From assembly GCF_018977255.1 (NCBI RefSeq), contig NW_024704742.1, positions 113,586,001 to 113,650,000 of the forward strand: a stretch of 64,000 nt of DNA, given 5' to 3'. The notes under the pieces are model-generated. The model saw only the letters and a list, made by a program, of their open reading frames with translations. It was not told where the DNA came from and ran no database searches. Positions 12,691 through 24,270 of the stretch are shown piece after piece (within the stretch, counting starts at the first letter, position 1; each line of letters opens with the position of its first letter). The translations under genes and the position numbers were made by a program. The stretch comes from Callorhinchus milii. Lineage: Eukaryota.

Positions 12691-13339
12691 ATATGTATAA
12701 ACTACCTATGTAGCATTCTACAGAAATATAGGTAGCACTGACTGGAGAAAATAGATTGTTTACATTTTACTAGAAACATCCATAGATTAAGAAATTCAAC
12801 TGCTTTTCAGACACATTAACAATCATGCTGAGAAACATCCATGAATTTATTAACTTGACGTAAGAACGTAATGAATTATCCATACCTATTATATTGATAT
12901 TTTAAGCAAGTTCTGCATTTTTGAAGATCCAGAAGACTATCTGCTCAGGTTATTAATGAATGCTGTCGGGAATGGTGTGAAATACTGTACTTATGATAAT
13001 TATAGGGATGCAGTAGTGTCTGATTATGAAGTTGAGTGTTTTAGGCAGGGATGCTACCAAGCAAAATGGGGAAAGACATTGAGTTCTATCTTCCTAATAA
13101 GGTAGTGTCATGTACGATTAGCAAATAAACATCTGTAACATGGTACTGCATAATTCAAAGAGCACAAAGCAGAGACTTGGAACAAAGAAAGCAGCACACA
13201 TCTTATTTCCTGTGGACAATGCTTTAGTTGATGACATACTAAGATGGCAATTAGAAATATTAGATATATTAAAACAATTAAAATATTAGAACAATTAAGT
13301 TATTCTTCCTTTACATTGCAGGGTGCTTCAAACCTGTTC

Positions 13340-13755
13340 AAATGGATGATCCCTATAGTTAAGAGGAATGAGCTACGAGCGATGACTAGACAAGCTAGGG
13401 TTCTTCTGTCTTGAGAGAAGCCTTCTCAGAGGGACAAAGATAGAAGTGTATAATATTTTAAATAGGATTGAAGAAAGTAAACCCAGAACAATACTTCAGT
13501 AATGCACCAAGACAGTAGAACGAGAGAACATAGATTTAGAGTTGCAAAGAGCTATTTCAGGAATTTCCAGGAAATGTTCCCTTATGCAAAGGTTAGCGAC
13601 TGGAGCAGATTGTTAATAAAGGTGGCTGAGGCCAGATACCGAATTCATTTAACAAACAGTTTGATGCTTTGAAGACAGTAATATGGTGTTCTGGATGGAT
13701 GAGATCAGATGGGCCTAAGAGCCTTCTTCAACTGAACCAATCTTGTGATCTTGTG
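13340..13755 (+). mobile_element. Degenerate CR1 LINE 3' fragment
   Basis: GAGCTACGAGCGATGACTAGACAAGCTAGGGTTCTTCTGTCTTGAG (YE.RL..LG.FSLE-like), ending in a GATGGGCC..TCTTGTGATCTTGTGA tail. Confidence 0.7.
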
Positions 13756-13971
13756 AAATAACTAGCATCCTGCCCTGTGTCCAATGTGGGATGTAATCTA
13801 AAAATCCTGCAACAATACAAACAACAATGCATGTCTGAAAACGCACTGTTGCTTGCAAGTCTCCTGATCTTGAACAATGTTACAAGCATGGACAGAGTGA
13901 GTAAATTAGATGAGAAGAACCATTTACTTTGTAGGTCTGAAGTTATGTTGTCTCATGAGATGTCCTACATA

Positions 13972-14100
13972 CAGTAGAATCTCATTATAAGGAGCCCTCT
14001 TATAACACTCTTATAGCACTGACTGGCAATCGTGCCCCATTATAAGATGCACTGGAACTTGTTTAACCTCCAACTCTTGCCTTACAGTGGGGTTCTATTT
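13972..14100. mobile_element. Tc1/mariner-pogo (Tigger-like) MITE remnant
   Basis: TA|CAGTAGAATCTCATTATAAG ... CTTACAGTGGGGTTCTATTT|TA: imperfect 20-bp terminal inverted repeats (TIRs, 14/20) with TA on both sides. Confidence 0.6.
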
Positions 14101-14364
14101 TACCTAACTCAGGAGTGCAGTAGTAAATGTCTCTGGAAACAGCACTACCATATCATATATGCAACATAGCTGTGTCTGATGTTTTATTATATAAATGCAA
14201 CACTTCATTAGTTATTTGTGCTGGATGAGACATTAGGTCAAAAAGACCTATAAACCTCAGGCTTGTATTCCTTCCCCAGATGTTCCTAATCGCTCAAGGC
14301 TACAGAAATCATTCTGTAGTGTTCAGTTTCAGAAGTTCAAAGTTATAAACTGAACTAAATTACA

Positions 14365-14745
14365 AAGAAGAAAGAACTTGCGTTTTATAGCACCTTATCA
14401 CATTTGAACCATCTGAAAGCATTTCACAGTACTGAAGTGTAGTGACTACTTTTGTGATAAATGTGGCAGAGAAGTCCCATAAAAGTCGAGGTATGTGATG
14501 AACTAATGTGGAGGATTGTTGGCCAGAATGCCAGAAGAAATTCCCTTCTCTTTTTGAATATTTCAATGGTGCTTTTAATTCCACCTGAAGAACTGATGGA
14601 TTGATTTAACATCCATCTGAATGAAGTTACCGTGGAAAATGCAGCATTCCCCAATACTGCACTCGAGCATCAACCTAGACTATGAGCTCAAGTCCTAAAC
14701 AGGGCTTGATTTCACAACCATCTGACTCAGAAGTTGGTGTCACAT
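14365..14745 (-). mobile_element. SacSINE1-like DeuSINE
   Basis: Tail AAGAAAGAACTTGCGTTTTATAGCACC, body TTGGCCAGAATGCCAG, head ACAACCATCTGACTCAGA. Confidence 0.75.
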
Positions 14746-15251
14746 TGGATCAACTGTCTGAAGACTTAACAAGTACACCACATGCTAATCATTTATGAAG
14801 ATGATACTTAATGTTTTTCACTATGAAACACACTGATATGCAACACTATAATACATTCACTCTGTGAGTGTGTACAAGTTCTCCATATGTTAAACTCAGG
14901 AAGTCTGATAGTTCGAGTGGCAAGCATTAAAGTATGAATCATTGACTCTGAAACCTAGTTTTGAGTGACAGTCAGACACAACTATTCTCTAGCGAAAAGT
15001 TCGCTGGGATATTAAATGGACTACTCAAATTTTCTTTTCGTGGGGGAAAATAGGGAATAAGAACAGAATTCATCAGAACATTTGACGCTTTTACAGATCG
15101 TTTTGTTCTGCAGTCTGAATACCCAACCACATGGTACAGCTGGGAAGTCACAAAGAGATTACAGAATGGAAGCAAATGCAAATTCGCCCACAATAATAGT
15201 CAATTTACTTTACATTATATTCTGTGAAGAGCTTTGATACATCTCAAAGAC

Positions 15252-15525
15252 ATAACAACAACAAAATGACATTTACAGAGTGCCTTTCATGTCGGGAGGA
15301 CATCCCAAAGCGCTGTACAGTCAGGTGTCGGGGCCCGAGCATGGGGGAGGGGTGTGTAGTGGGGAGGGTAGGCAGAGAGGTGGGAGGGCGACTGAAGGCA
15401 CATCGAAGAAAAGGATCTTGAGACCGGCCTTGAAGGAGGCAAGGGAGGAAGAGAGGCGAAGGAACCATGGGATGGAGTTCCAGAGTGTGGGGACAGAGAG
15501 GCTGAAAGCCCGGCCACCGATTGTA
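15252..15525 (-). mobile_element. L2 LINE 3' end (5'-truncated)
   Basis: Minus frame TIGGRAFSLSVPTLWNSIP..SSLASFKAGLK, plus tail GCGCTTTGGGATGTCCTCCCGACATGAAAGGCAC..TTGTTGTT. Confidence 0.9.
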
Positions 15526-16310
15526 GCATCTGGCAGTATCAACCTCCATGGTTGCACACTTCAACTCCCAAGCCAGTCAGGAACCTAGGTGTCTTGTTCG
15601 ATCTTCAACTGTCTTTTCTTCCCCACATCCAAGCCATGACCCCCTCTGCCTTCCCTCACCTCCGTAACACTGCCCGACTCTGCCACTACCTCACCCCTCA
15701 GGCCGCTGAAACTCTTGTTCATGCCTTCATCACCTCCAGGCTCAACTATGCAAACACCCTGCTTGTCGGCCTTCCCAACTCCTCCCTCCACAGGCTGCAG
15801 ATAATTCAGAACTCTGCAGCCCGTGTCCTCTCCCGCACCAAACTCCGTGACCCCATCTCCCCCACTCTCGCTCGACTCCATTGGCTCCCTATCTTTCAGA
15901 GGATCCAGTTCAAGATCCTGGTCCTCACGTACAAAGCCCTCCATGGCCTCGCCCCACCCTACCTCTGCGACCTCCTAACCCCCTACCAACCAGTCCGTTC
16001 CCTCCACTCAGCCGGCTCTGGCCTGCTCCATGTCCCCCGACCCACCCGCCCCACCCCACCTTCAGCCACTTTGCCCCCAACCTCTGGAATTCCATTCCCC
16101 AGTCAATTCACCTCGACCCCTCCTTAGCCTCCTTCAAGTCCCGCCTCAAGACCCTCCTCTTCAACCATGCCATTGGCTACCCCCCCTTGCCCTCCCCTCC
16201 TTTCACCCCCCCCTGACCCCAGCTCGGGTCTGAAATGCTGTACTCTGTCCAGTGCCTTGTGATGTCCTCCCGACATGAAAGGCGCTATACAAATGTAATC
16301 TCGTTGTTGT
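15526..16310 (+). mobile_element. L2 LINE ORF2 C-terminal part and 3' tail
   Basis: ORF 15552-16127 reads VRNLGVLFD..ETLVHAFITSRLNYAN..QNSAARVL..LHWLP..FKILVLTYKALHGLAPPYL. Tail GAAAGGCGCTATACAAATG. Confidence 0.95.
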
Positions 16311-17714
16311 ATTAACTTAACCAGACAATGACAGTGACTGCAAGGTTAATGTTGATGTTTCGTCAGTACGGATTAGGATGCACGTGAAGTAATGGCACCA
16401 ATCAGTGCATTAGCAAAAGTGCTGCTTTCATGGTCATAGTGAAAGAAGAAAGTGTGCCTCAGGCAGCAGATACTGGCAGCAAACTCACTACTAATGTGAT
16501 TCCACTAATAATTTGCCGCGTTAAAGAAGACACTGTATGACCCTACTATTTTTTGAAAAAGTATTAAGAGCAGCCAAGTAAGGTAGTTATGCCTCCAGGG
16601 TCACCATTTCAATATGCACAGCGTTCTGAGAGCTGTGAGATCCCGTTCCTCCCCTCCGATAGTCTGACCTTGTTTCCTAGACAGTGCGTAGTAGTGACGA
16701 GGCGTGTTTGCAGTGAGGGTTGGAGTTATGATCATATCTATCACTGTACTCAACCTGGAGTTAGCAAAGAACATAGGAGCACTGGCTAGGCTGCGGCCTT
16801 TTTTTGGTTTCCTTTTTTAAAAATTAAATCGTCACTTTCAGGATGTACGTGGGTAAGGCAACGTTTACATTCTTAAATGAAAAATTCATTGGAGTATATA
16901 CTGCCCTTTTAAACGCTTCAAAGCAAAGGTCTAGACATTATAGTAAGTACCCATTAGCAGACCATAAAACAAATCCTCACATGTACACTGTCTTGCAGAG
17001 TTTGGAACCCGTGGTGGATACAAACCCCTTTAAGCAGATACTATATCCATTATAAAGGTCAGGCATGTCATTTTGATTATGGTACAACATTTTTGGGTCA
17101 CTTGCTGGAGGTGGTCAAAGCTCCATGACTATCAATCTTAGAAACAGCAGATAACTATTATTTTATGATGCCATCAATAATAGTTACTCCAAAATCTAAC
17201 AAAATCTATATCATCTGTTATCTTTGATCTTGAAAAGTAAAGTCCAAATATTTTGCACGAAGTATTATTCAGGACTCGACACTATTCACCCATGCGAACT
17301 GAGCACAGTATTTTTGATGGATTCTCAAAAGCAGTTTTCTATTCTGTTTAGAAACTTGACAATTTTCACAATTTTGTTTGGATGTTGCAGGAATGTTTCT
17401 CTACGTAAAAGTGTTTTACAAACACCATCAAACAAAATTAAGCTTTAATGGATGGAACTACTACTTCTAATTTTCAAAGTTCTAAGAGAATAACTAACGC
17501 TGTTTAAAATAAAGGTTAATTTTCTCTCTTTTGTCCAAGTGAAATTTAATTTCTCAAGAAAACTCTCACTTTTGATTTCTCTCCTGTTGGTACCATTTTC
17601 TTAAAAGTATTGAAACAATTACATGGTGTTTACAAAAATAGTTACGTTAACAATAAAATAGACACAAGGATCTGAAGTCCAAGAATAGCCACAGAAACTA
17701 GGTAGCATACATAA

Positions 17715-17850
17715 AGGAGAAGGGAATAGAGGGCCATGGGTAGGAAAGGAAGTGGAAATCAGGAAGGGTGGAAGCTCATGTGGAGTATCAACATGGATGA
17801 GTTGACCTAAATGGCCTGTTTCAGTCCCGTAGAATCAATGTGATTCTATG
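17715..17850 (+). mobile_element. CR1-type 3' end fragment
   Basis: GGTGGAAGCTCATGTGGAGTATCAACA..AAATGGCCTGTTTC..TGATTCTATG. Confidence 0.6.
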
Positions 17851-18039
17851 CAGAATCACTGTAATTAAAGTTCTACTGCAAAGAAAGTATTCTGCTCTCA
17901 ATGACTGGGTGTACTGTTTGCAGAAATGTGCTGGATCAAGCATCTCTACCACTGTTCTTTCTAGACTATGATTGTGCGTCTTATTCACGTGGAAAGTAAT
18001 GTGAACCCATTATTTAATTAGTGGGTACATAGGGGAAAT

Positions 18040-18560
18040 AACAGAGATCCCTCTGACGTCTTGACCTCCTCAACCTCTCTGTTGCTTTTAACACTATTGA
18101 CTACTCCATCCTTCGCGATTGTCTTTCATCCTCTTCTGTGGGACGCATTCTCCTGGTTCCAGTGCTACTTGGCTCATTACATTGGTTCCTCCAGTGTTTT
18201 TTCCTTCCTGCAGGTCAGCTGCAGAATACCTCAGTGTGCCTTCAGCCAAGCTGACCCACTATAGACACAGGCCACATGTATGCAGATGACACCCAAATCT
18301 ACTTTTCCATTTCTACTTTTGATTCCAGGTCCACTGATGTTCTGTCCTTTGCTTATCAGACATGAAGATCTGGATGAAGCTCAATTTCTTGCAGCTCAAC
18401 ATGGACAAGACTAAAACCATCTTTATTGGCTCCTGTCAATGTCTCCTCTCTTCTGATTCTTATTTCTTTAATCTCTCTGGCTTTTATCTCAAACTCATCG
18501 AATCAGTGTGTAACTTTGGCTTTCGGTTCGATATTCACCTCTTCTTCCCTCACATTTGCT
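18040..18560 (+). mobile_element. Old L2 RT-domain fragment
   Basis: ATGTATGCAGATGACACCCAAATCTAC (MYADDTQIY), and WMKLNFLQLNMDKTK in ORF 18362. Confidence 0.8.
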
Positions 18561-18569
18561 CCCTTTCTT

Positions 18570-18785
18570 TATACTGTCACGTGATCTTTAACTTTCTCTT
18601 GAACAGGCAGACGGGACCTCAGTTTATCGTCTCATTTGACAGAAGTATTTCAACTCTGACAATACAACACTCTTGCAACTATGTAATATAGTGTCAGACA
18701 AAATTATGATCTCAAAGTCCCAACATGGGCCTTGAATCCACAATCTTCAGTCTCAGAGGTAAGCGTGTTACCAATTGAACCTGGC
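18570..18785 (-). mobile_element. SacSINE1-like DeuSINE 5' half
   Basis: GAACAGGCAGACGGGACCTCAGTTTATCGTCTCAT..CTTGAATCCACAATCTTCAGTCTCAGAGG. Confidence 0.75.
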
Positions 18786-20214
18786 TTAAGCTATGACATA
18801 CACTAAACCATGTTTTTTGTACTGTAATTCACACCTTGTAAACATTTGAAGACTTGAACTAGTGCAGCTCAGGTCATGTGCTGGTAGAATGTAAAGCTGC
18901 GCTATGAATTGTGCTTGCTCTGCAATGAGCAAGGAAATAAATGCAGGCATTTTACAATTCATGACAAGGACATTTATTTTCAACAGTAACACCAAGTTTG
19001 GTTGTAACCAAACTTGAACCCGAATTTCATCTGAATTCATGTTGAACTGCAGGGAATGAAACAAGAGGATAAAGGAAGAGGCTGTACCTCACATCTGCAA
19101 CAACAGCCCTTTATGAGCAAACTGCCGACGTCAATCAAACTGGCAAACTATTGTACACATGTGAAACAGATGCTATTCTGTAAAATAACCCAGGGTGTTA
19201 CACAGATGAATCATTGAGAAGTCAATTACACATCAGTCCTTACTATTAGGCTGGACAATTTTTTCTATTCCATGTGTTTCCATCCACCCAAACAGAAACG
19301 TTAAAACTAAAAACTTTACAAGCACAAAAGCTCTTTTCTGCATTTAATTCTAAAAAGGCTAATTTCTGTACCTTTGCCGCTAAGGGTCCCAGAGGCAGCT
19401 AATGTGTTGCAGTTAGATGCTGTATAATCTTTCCCATTCTCCTTTATGCATTATGCTACAATGAATGTCTTAAGAAAATAATAATTGTTTGATTGAAAGG
19501 GCGCAAGTTAAAACTATGTACTTGACGGCAAGCATTCACTCCAGACACTTCTAACTTGGACACATAATTCCTTAGTTTCGGAAGTTTTTGAAGTTACGAA
19601 CACTGCATGAAGACGGCTGCTTGTTTGACCTGATGTGCACTGCTCTTTTACTGACTTGGCGTCAAGCTGTGTTCAAAATTTGGTTTGATTTAGGTACTGG
19701 TAGGAAAAACAGATGAAGAGATGTTGATGCATACAAAAAAAAGCTGTGATCTCCTAACAAAATTCCCACTCAAGTTGTGGTGCAAATACTCTCTGCTGTT
19801 GAAAACTGAGGATACTCCACTCTAATCTTCAGCAAATTGTCCCATCTTCACCTCTCTCCACCTCTCCGATTACAGTGGAAATGTGGGAGGTGCGGTATTT
19901 ATTTATGCAGGGATATTCTACCTGAAGCAAAATCCTGTTGTGATTTAATTCAACTTCTCCCAGACAATCAATGCTTTGCTTCACACCATATTGCTTCCCC
20001 ATGCTTAATAGAGTTTATTCCCTCAAATCACGAATGCCAGACCCCGATTCTTATTCATCATTTGCTCTCTGGTACCTTGTGCAGGAACATAATCTGAACT
20101 TGCCACTTACAGACACCAGGGAGGCTTAGTAAAGTTACTTCATTGGTACAAAAGCTCCGGGATGCTACCCCGCGTGAAGGGCGCTATATAAATGCAAGTT
20201 GTTGTTAAAGTGGG

Positions 20215-20900
20215 TGTCAGGCTGGCTCAGTTGGTAGCACTTTTGCCTCTGTGTTTGAAGGTTCTGGGTTCAAGCCCCACATTGGGCCTTTGAACCCAGT
20301 GACTTGTGGTGTCCTTTTTGACAGGTGAGGCCATCTGAGTCTTGGCTTAACCAGCTATCATGGTAACGGGAACTTTGTGCATGTGCAATGTCTTGGCCTC
20401 TCTCCTACTGGACTTGCTCCCGCCCTGACACTGCCTGCTCCTGCCCTGACACTGCCTGCTCCCGCCCTGACACTGCCTGCTCCCGCCCTGACACTGCCTG
20501 CTCCAGTGCTCCCGAAATTCTAGGGCCTCACCTGATGAGCTGCTCCTATTTGAATTCATAGTCCAGGCTGACACTCCAGTGCAGTGCTGCAGGCATGCTG
20601 CATTGTTGGACATGATACATTAAACTGAGATATCGTTCGCCTGTTGAGGTGGATGTTAGAGATCCTATAGCAGTATTCAAAAAGAGAAGAGAGTTTCGTC
20701 CCATGCCCTGGCCAACAATCCCCCGATAAAATTGGTCACTCATTTTATGGCTGCTTGTTGGGACTTTTGCTCTGCATAAATTGGCTCTTGCATTTATCTG
20801 CAAAATATTGTCACTACACTTTACAGTAAATCTTGTTAAGTTCTTTGAGACGTCCTTCTGACATGAAAGACTTTATCCTTATAAATCAAATATAAGGATT
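20215..20900 (+). mobile_element. SacSINE1-like DeuSINE interrupted by a ~250-bp insert
   Basis: Head GGCTCAGTTGGTAGCACTTTTGCCTCTG..GGGTTCAAGCCCCAC (20220-20294). Body resumes at CATAGTCCAGGCTGACACTCCAGTGCAG (~20556) and runs to the tail. Confidence 0.85.
20414..20503. repeat. 21-bp minisatellite TGCTCCYGCCCTGACACTGCC x ~4.3
   Basis: Directly visible tandem units with one substitution. Confidence 0.95.
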
Positions 20901-21309
20901 TATTTTAATTTTATGATTTTTTTAATATAGCATGTTTGGAGGATGCATAATAGGAACACTCTGTTATACAATGTTGAAGCTCTCCAAGTATCACATAAAT
21001 GACTGTGTTATCAGTTTTTCATAATGCTGTTTCAGATGTATGGTGTTTAGATCAATTTTTATTCTACTGGAAGGGCTATATCACTGTCTCTGTACATAGA
21101 ACTCATAAGCTCGAGAAAAAGAGAAATTACGCTGATTTACAGTTCCAGATAAAATTGCAAGATATAAATTAGTCAAAATCCTTGGAATTGATTTGAGGAG
21201 GACCCATGGCACAGTTTCTGTACAGAAGATATTGATTAGCTTGCTTACTGCTATTCGGAAAACTGCCATCAGAACACTAGCCTCTCAGAAACATAATCCT
21301 CACATTAGG

Positions 21310-21725
21310 TGTAGTGCCTTTCATGTTGGGAGGATGTCCCACAGCGCTTCACAGGATATACTGTAAAATGCAGTGACTTTTTTTTGTGGGTGAACGTGGC
21401 AACCAATTTGCACACAACAATGTCCCACAAACAGCCATTAAGTGAATGACCAATTTTGCTTGCAAGATTGTGGGCCAGGTCACCAGGAGAAACTCCCTTC
21501 TCTTTTCAAATAGTGCCATGGAATCTTGAACATCCACCTGAACAGGCAGACCGTGCCTCAGTTTAATGTCTCATCTGAAGGATGGTGTCTCCAATAATGT
21601 AACCCACCCCAGCACTGCACTGGAGTGTCAGCATGGACTATACGAGTTCCAAGTCCCAAAGCGGGGCTTGAACCCTAATCTTCTGACTCAGAGGCGAGAA
21701 TTCTACCAACTGAGCCAGGCTGACA
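21310..21725 (-). mobile_element. SacSINE1-like DeuSINE, near full length
   Basis: Head rc GCCTGGCTCAGTTGGTAGAATTCTCGCCTCTGAGTCAGAAG, Deu core and L2-type tail are all present. Confidence 0.9.
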
Positions 21726-22142
21726 CAAATTCAGAGAACATCTGACAATTACCGAAGCCAGGGAATGAAGTTACACCATGGGTACTGTTAGAAACATAAA
21801 TGTAATCAAAAGGCAAAATATTGCAGATGCTGGAATTCTGAAATAAATGTGGATCAGTCCGGCTCAGTCGGTAGTACTCACCTCTGAGTTGGCGAGTCAT
21901 TAAGGAGTTAAGCAGGGCTTTCTTGGACCTGAACTGGCTCCAAGGTTATATGCTTAGTAATGGGATGTCAGAATCAAGCCAATCCTATGTGGTCTCTGTA
22001 GTTCGATTTCTGAGCGAAGCAGGTACGCTGGACACTGCTCATGACAGACCATCCAGTCTGACTCAGCATCAGGATTTAGAGGGCAAGGATTCTTTAAACT
22101 CATCTCCTGTTAACCTTGCAAGCCAAAGCCCTAACAGGTAGT

Positions 22143-22435
22143 CTATTCCCCTGTTTTGATGCAATCCCCCCCTTTGTTTTGCCTCATTAACACTTCTTTA
22201 ACCCATCATTCCCTGTCCTCTATCCCATTTTCTCCTTTGTCTTCCTTGCCCTGCCTCCCCCCTCTCTGTTAGCCCATAAAAGCCTCTCCCTCCCAACATG
22301 TTCCAGTTCTGATGAAGGGTCATTGACCCGAAACGTTGACTCACTTTCTTTTCTCCATAGATGCTGCCTGACCTGCTGAGTGTTCCCAGCGACTTCTGTT
22401 TTTGTTTCAGATTTCCAGCATCTGCAGTATTTTCT
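22143..22435 (+). mobile_element. Penelope-like element terminal module with 13-bp TSD
   Basis: CTGATGAAGGGTCATTGACCCGAAACGTT..CTCCATAGATGCTGCCTGACCTGCTGAG..TTTCAGATTTCCAGCATCTGCAGTATTTT, flanked by CCTAACAGGTAGT at 22130-22142 and 22436-22448. Confidence 0.8.
22305..22341 (+). ncRNA. Minimal type I hammerhead ribozyme motif
   Basis: AGUU-CUGAUGA-A-GGGUC(AUU)GACCC-GAAAC-GUU-GACU: core boxes, 5-bp stem II, 4-bp stem I and palindromic AACGUU in place of stem III. Confidence 0.7.
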
Positions 22436-22489
22436 CCTAACAGGTAGTTGGACTAACAGTAGTTAGAAGTTTGCCAGACAGTCATTTCA

Positions 22490-22742
22490 ATGTCAAGCTA
22501 CTGGGTTTTAGCCAAATCAGAGCAGGAGTACCCTAACCACACTCTAGGATCCTGAATCCTATGCTCTTGCCAACCTGCGCCTAACACTGTTCACAATACT
22601 CTCTCCGGGGAGAGAGTGCACATTCCAGTCTAGATATGGATATTTCTATGTGTAGATGGGATGCATGGAACTCTGTCTGATTTGGCTACCGTTAAGCATG
22701 GTGATGGGTTTCCATGTGTATCAGACACCCGAGTGACCGATA
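22490..22742 (-). repeat. Unnamed interspersed repeat family X, copy 4
   Basis: TTAAGCATGGTGATGGGTTTCCATGTGTATCAGACACCC is the reverse complement of the 5588-5625 motif, and the similarity extends through CTCTTGCCAACCTG and GGTTTTAGC. Confidence 0.8.
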
Positions 22743-23559
22743 ACAAAATCAACAAGTCTTATTGGAAAGTGTCAGAGAATCACTTGCAGGATTGCTCATG
22801 TTGTGAGTACTACATCTGAAGTTATCAAAATCCTTCCCATCTCTAACCACAAGATGTTGACTTGGACATCACCCTATTCTTCACAAAGTGGTTTTAAGCA
22901 GGAATCTTTATTGTACTGTTGGTGAAATGGGTTTAAATCCCTCAATGCTAAAAGATAATCACAGATTGGGCCAAAACAGAATTTAATACTGGAAGCTCCA
23001 CAGACCGTTAAATCATTCCAGCCGAATTCTCAGCACTTGGAAATGGTTCTCTTGGGGAGATTGATGATGTCAATCTGAAACCCATCTGAAATGGAGCGAT
23101 ACTTTCAGAGAAATACAGTCTTTATCAGAAAAACATCAACCTTAGGCCCATTTCTTTTCACAGAATTAGTAAATCATTGAAAGGTAAAGCCTAAACAATC
23201 TATTCAAAGATTAAGGGCCAATATTGGAATATCCTACAAAGTATGATCATGTATTAATAATAATTAATATAAAACGATTGGATTGTTAAATGGTTGGATA
23301 TAGTTGTTATGAAGTTTCCAGTGGGAAAATTCTGAAATTGTAACTTTTCAATTTATTTATATATTCCATATTTATTTACATATTCTGTTGGACTTCAGAC
23401 TGATGTTTCTGTCAATACAGAAAATTAGGTTCTGGATTTTCTCAACAGAACAATTTTTCGTCCATCTGCTGTGTGCAACACAAAGAGATGCCACTATTTT
23501 ATTTAGATGCAATTTAAAAATCCATTGATTGTACTAAAAAAATGATATAAAAAATGTTC

Positions 23560-23765
23560 AACCTGGCTCAATACCCTTGCCTCTGAGTCATGAGGTTGTG
23601 AGTTCAAACCTTCGCTAGGACTTTGAACGAACTCACAGTCTAGACTGACACCTGCAATACAGTGCTGGTTAGCGTTGCAATGTCAGATATCCTGTCCTTC
23701 AGATAAAACGTTAAACCAAGGTCTGGTCTGCCTGTTCAGATAAACATTAAACATCCCATTGTGAT
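23560..23765 (+). mobile_element. SacSINE1-like DeuSINE 5' half
   Basis: CTTGCCTCTGAGTCATGAGGTTGTGAGTTCAAACC..AACGTTAAACCAAGGTCTGGTCTGCCTGTTCAG. Confidence 0.8.
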
Positions 23766-23789
23766 GATGAATTATGAATGGAAAAAAAA

Positions 23790-24270
23790 GCTCTGACTGT
23801 GAGGTGGTGAGTAGAACAGAATTGTGTGTTCTGAGTGAGTTTCTTTTTGTTGCACTATTCATAAACGACTTGGCTGAAGAGCATTTCTGGGAATATTATA
23901 AATAGTGCTGGAAATATCAAGCCTATAAGCAGTAACTAATACAAAGAGGGACAACAGTATTTAAGAACGTCTGGCCCAATGGAGCAAATGGGAAGGAGTG
24001 GCAGATGGATTGTAATGTAGCCATAAATGAAGATGAAGTTACTGGAAAAAGGAACAGTGAATATGAGTACACAGTGAAAGAATATTAATTAACAGATCGG
24101 AGGAGGAAAAGGATTTGAGATGTGATTGTCGCTCATTTTAGTATTTTTTTTATTTCTAGCAACACTATTAATTAAATCATAAGTTGCAATTTAAAGACCT
24201 TTGACAATAAATTAAAGTAAGTTATGTTTATTCAGTAGAGGCTACATTTGGAATATTGGGGAAATCTCAA
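23790..24270 (+). mobile_element. Highly degenerate CR1 RT fragment
   Basis: CTATTCATAAACGACTTGG (F.INDL), TGGCAGATGGATTGTAATG (WQM.FN-like), GAGGAGGAAAAGGATTTG (EEKDL). Confidence 0.55.

Noticed and set aside
15552..16127. 191-aa ORF as a host gene
   Set aside because: It is L2 ORF2 C-terminal sequence ending in an L2 tail. The same applies to ORFs at 31.6-32.4 kb and 57.4-58.7 kb.
16714..16758. Pre-miRNA-like hairpin AGGGTTGGAG..CTCAACCT
   Set aside because: The stem is short and bulged, and no known mature miRNA is recognised.
20414..20503. CRISPR-like array or coding repeat (SRQCQGG)
   Set aside because: The units are contiguous with no spacers and the context is eukaryotic. It is a simple minisatellite.
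20505..20548. Hammerhead from CCCGAAA and CTGATGAG
   Set aside because: The required stems I and II cannot be formed around these words.
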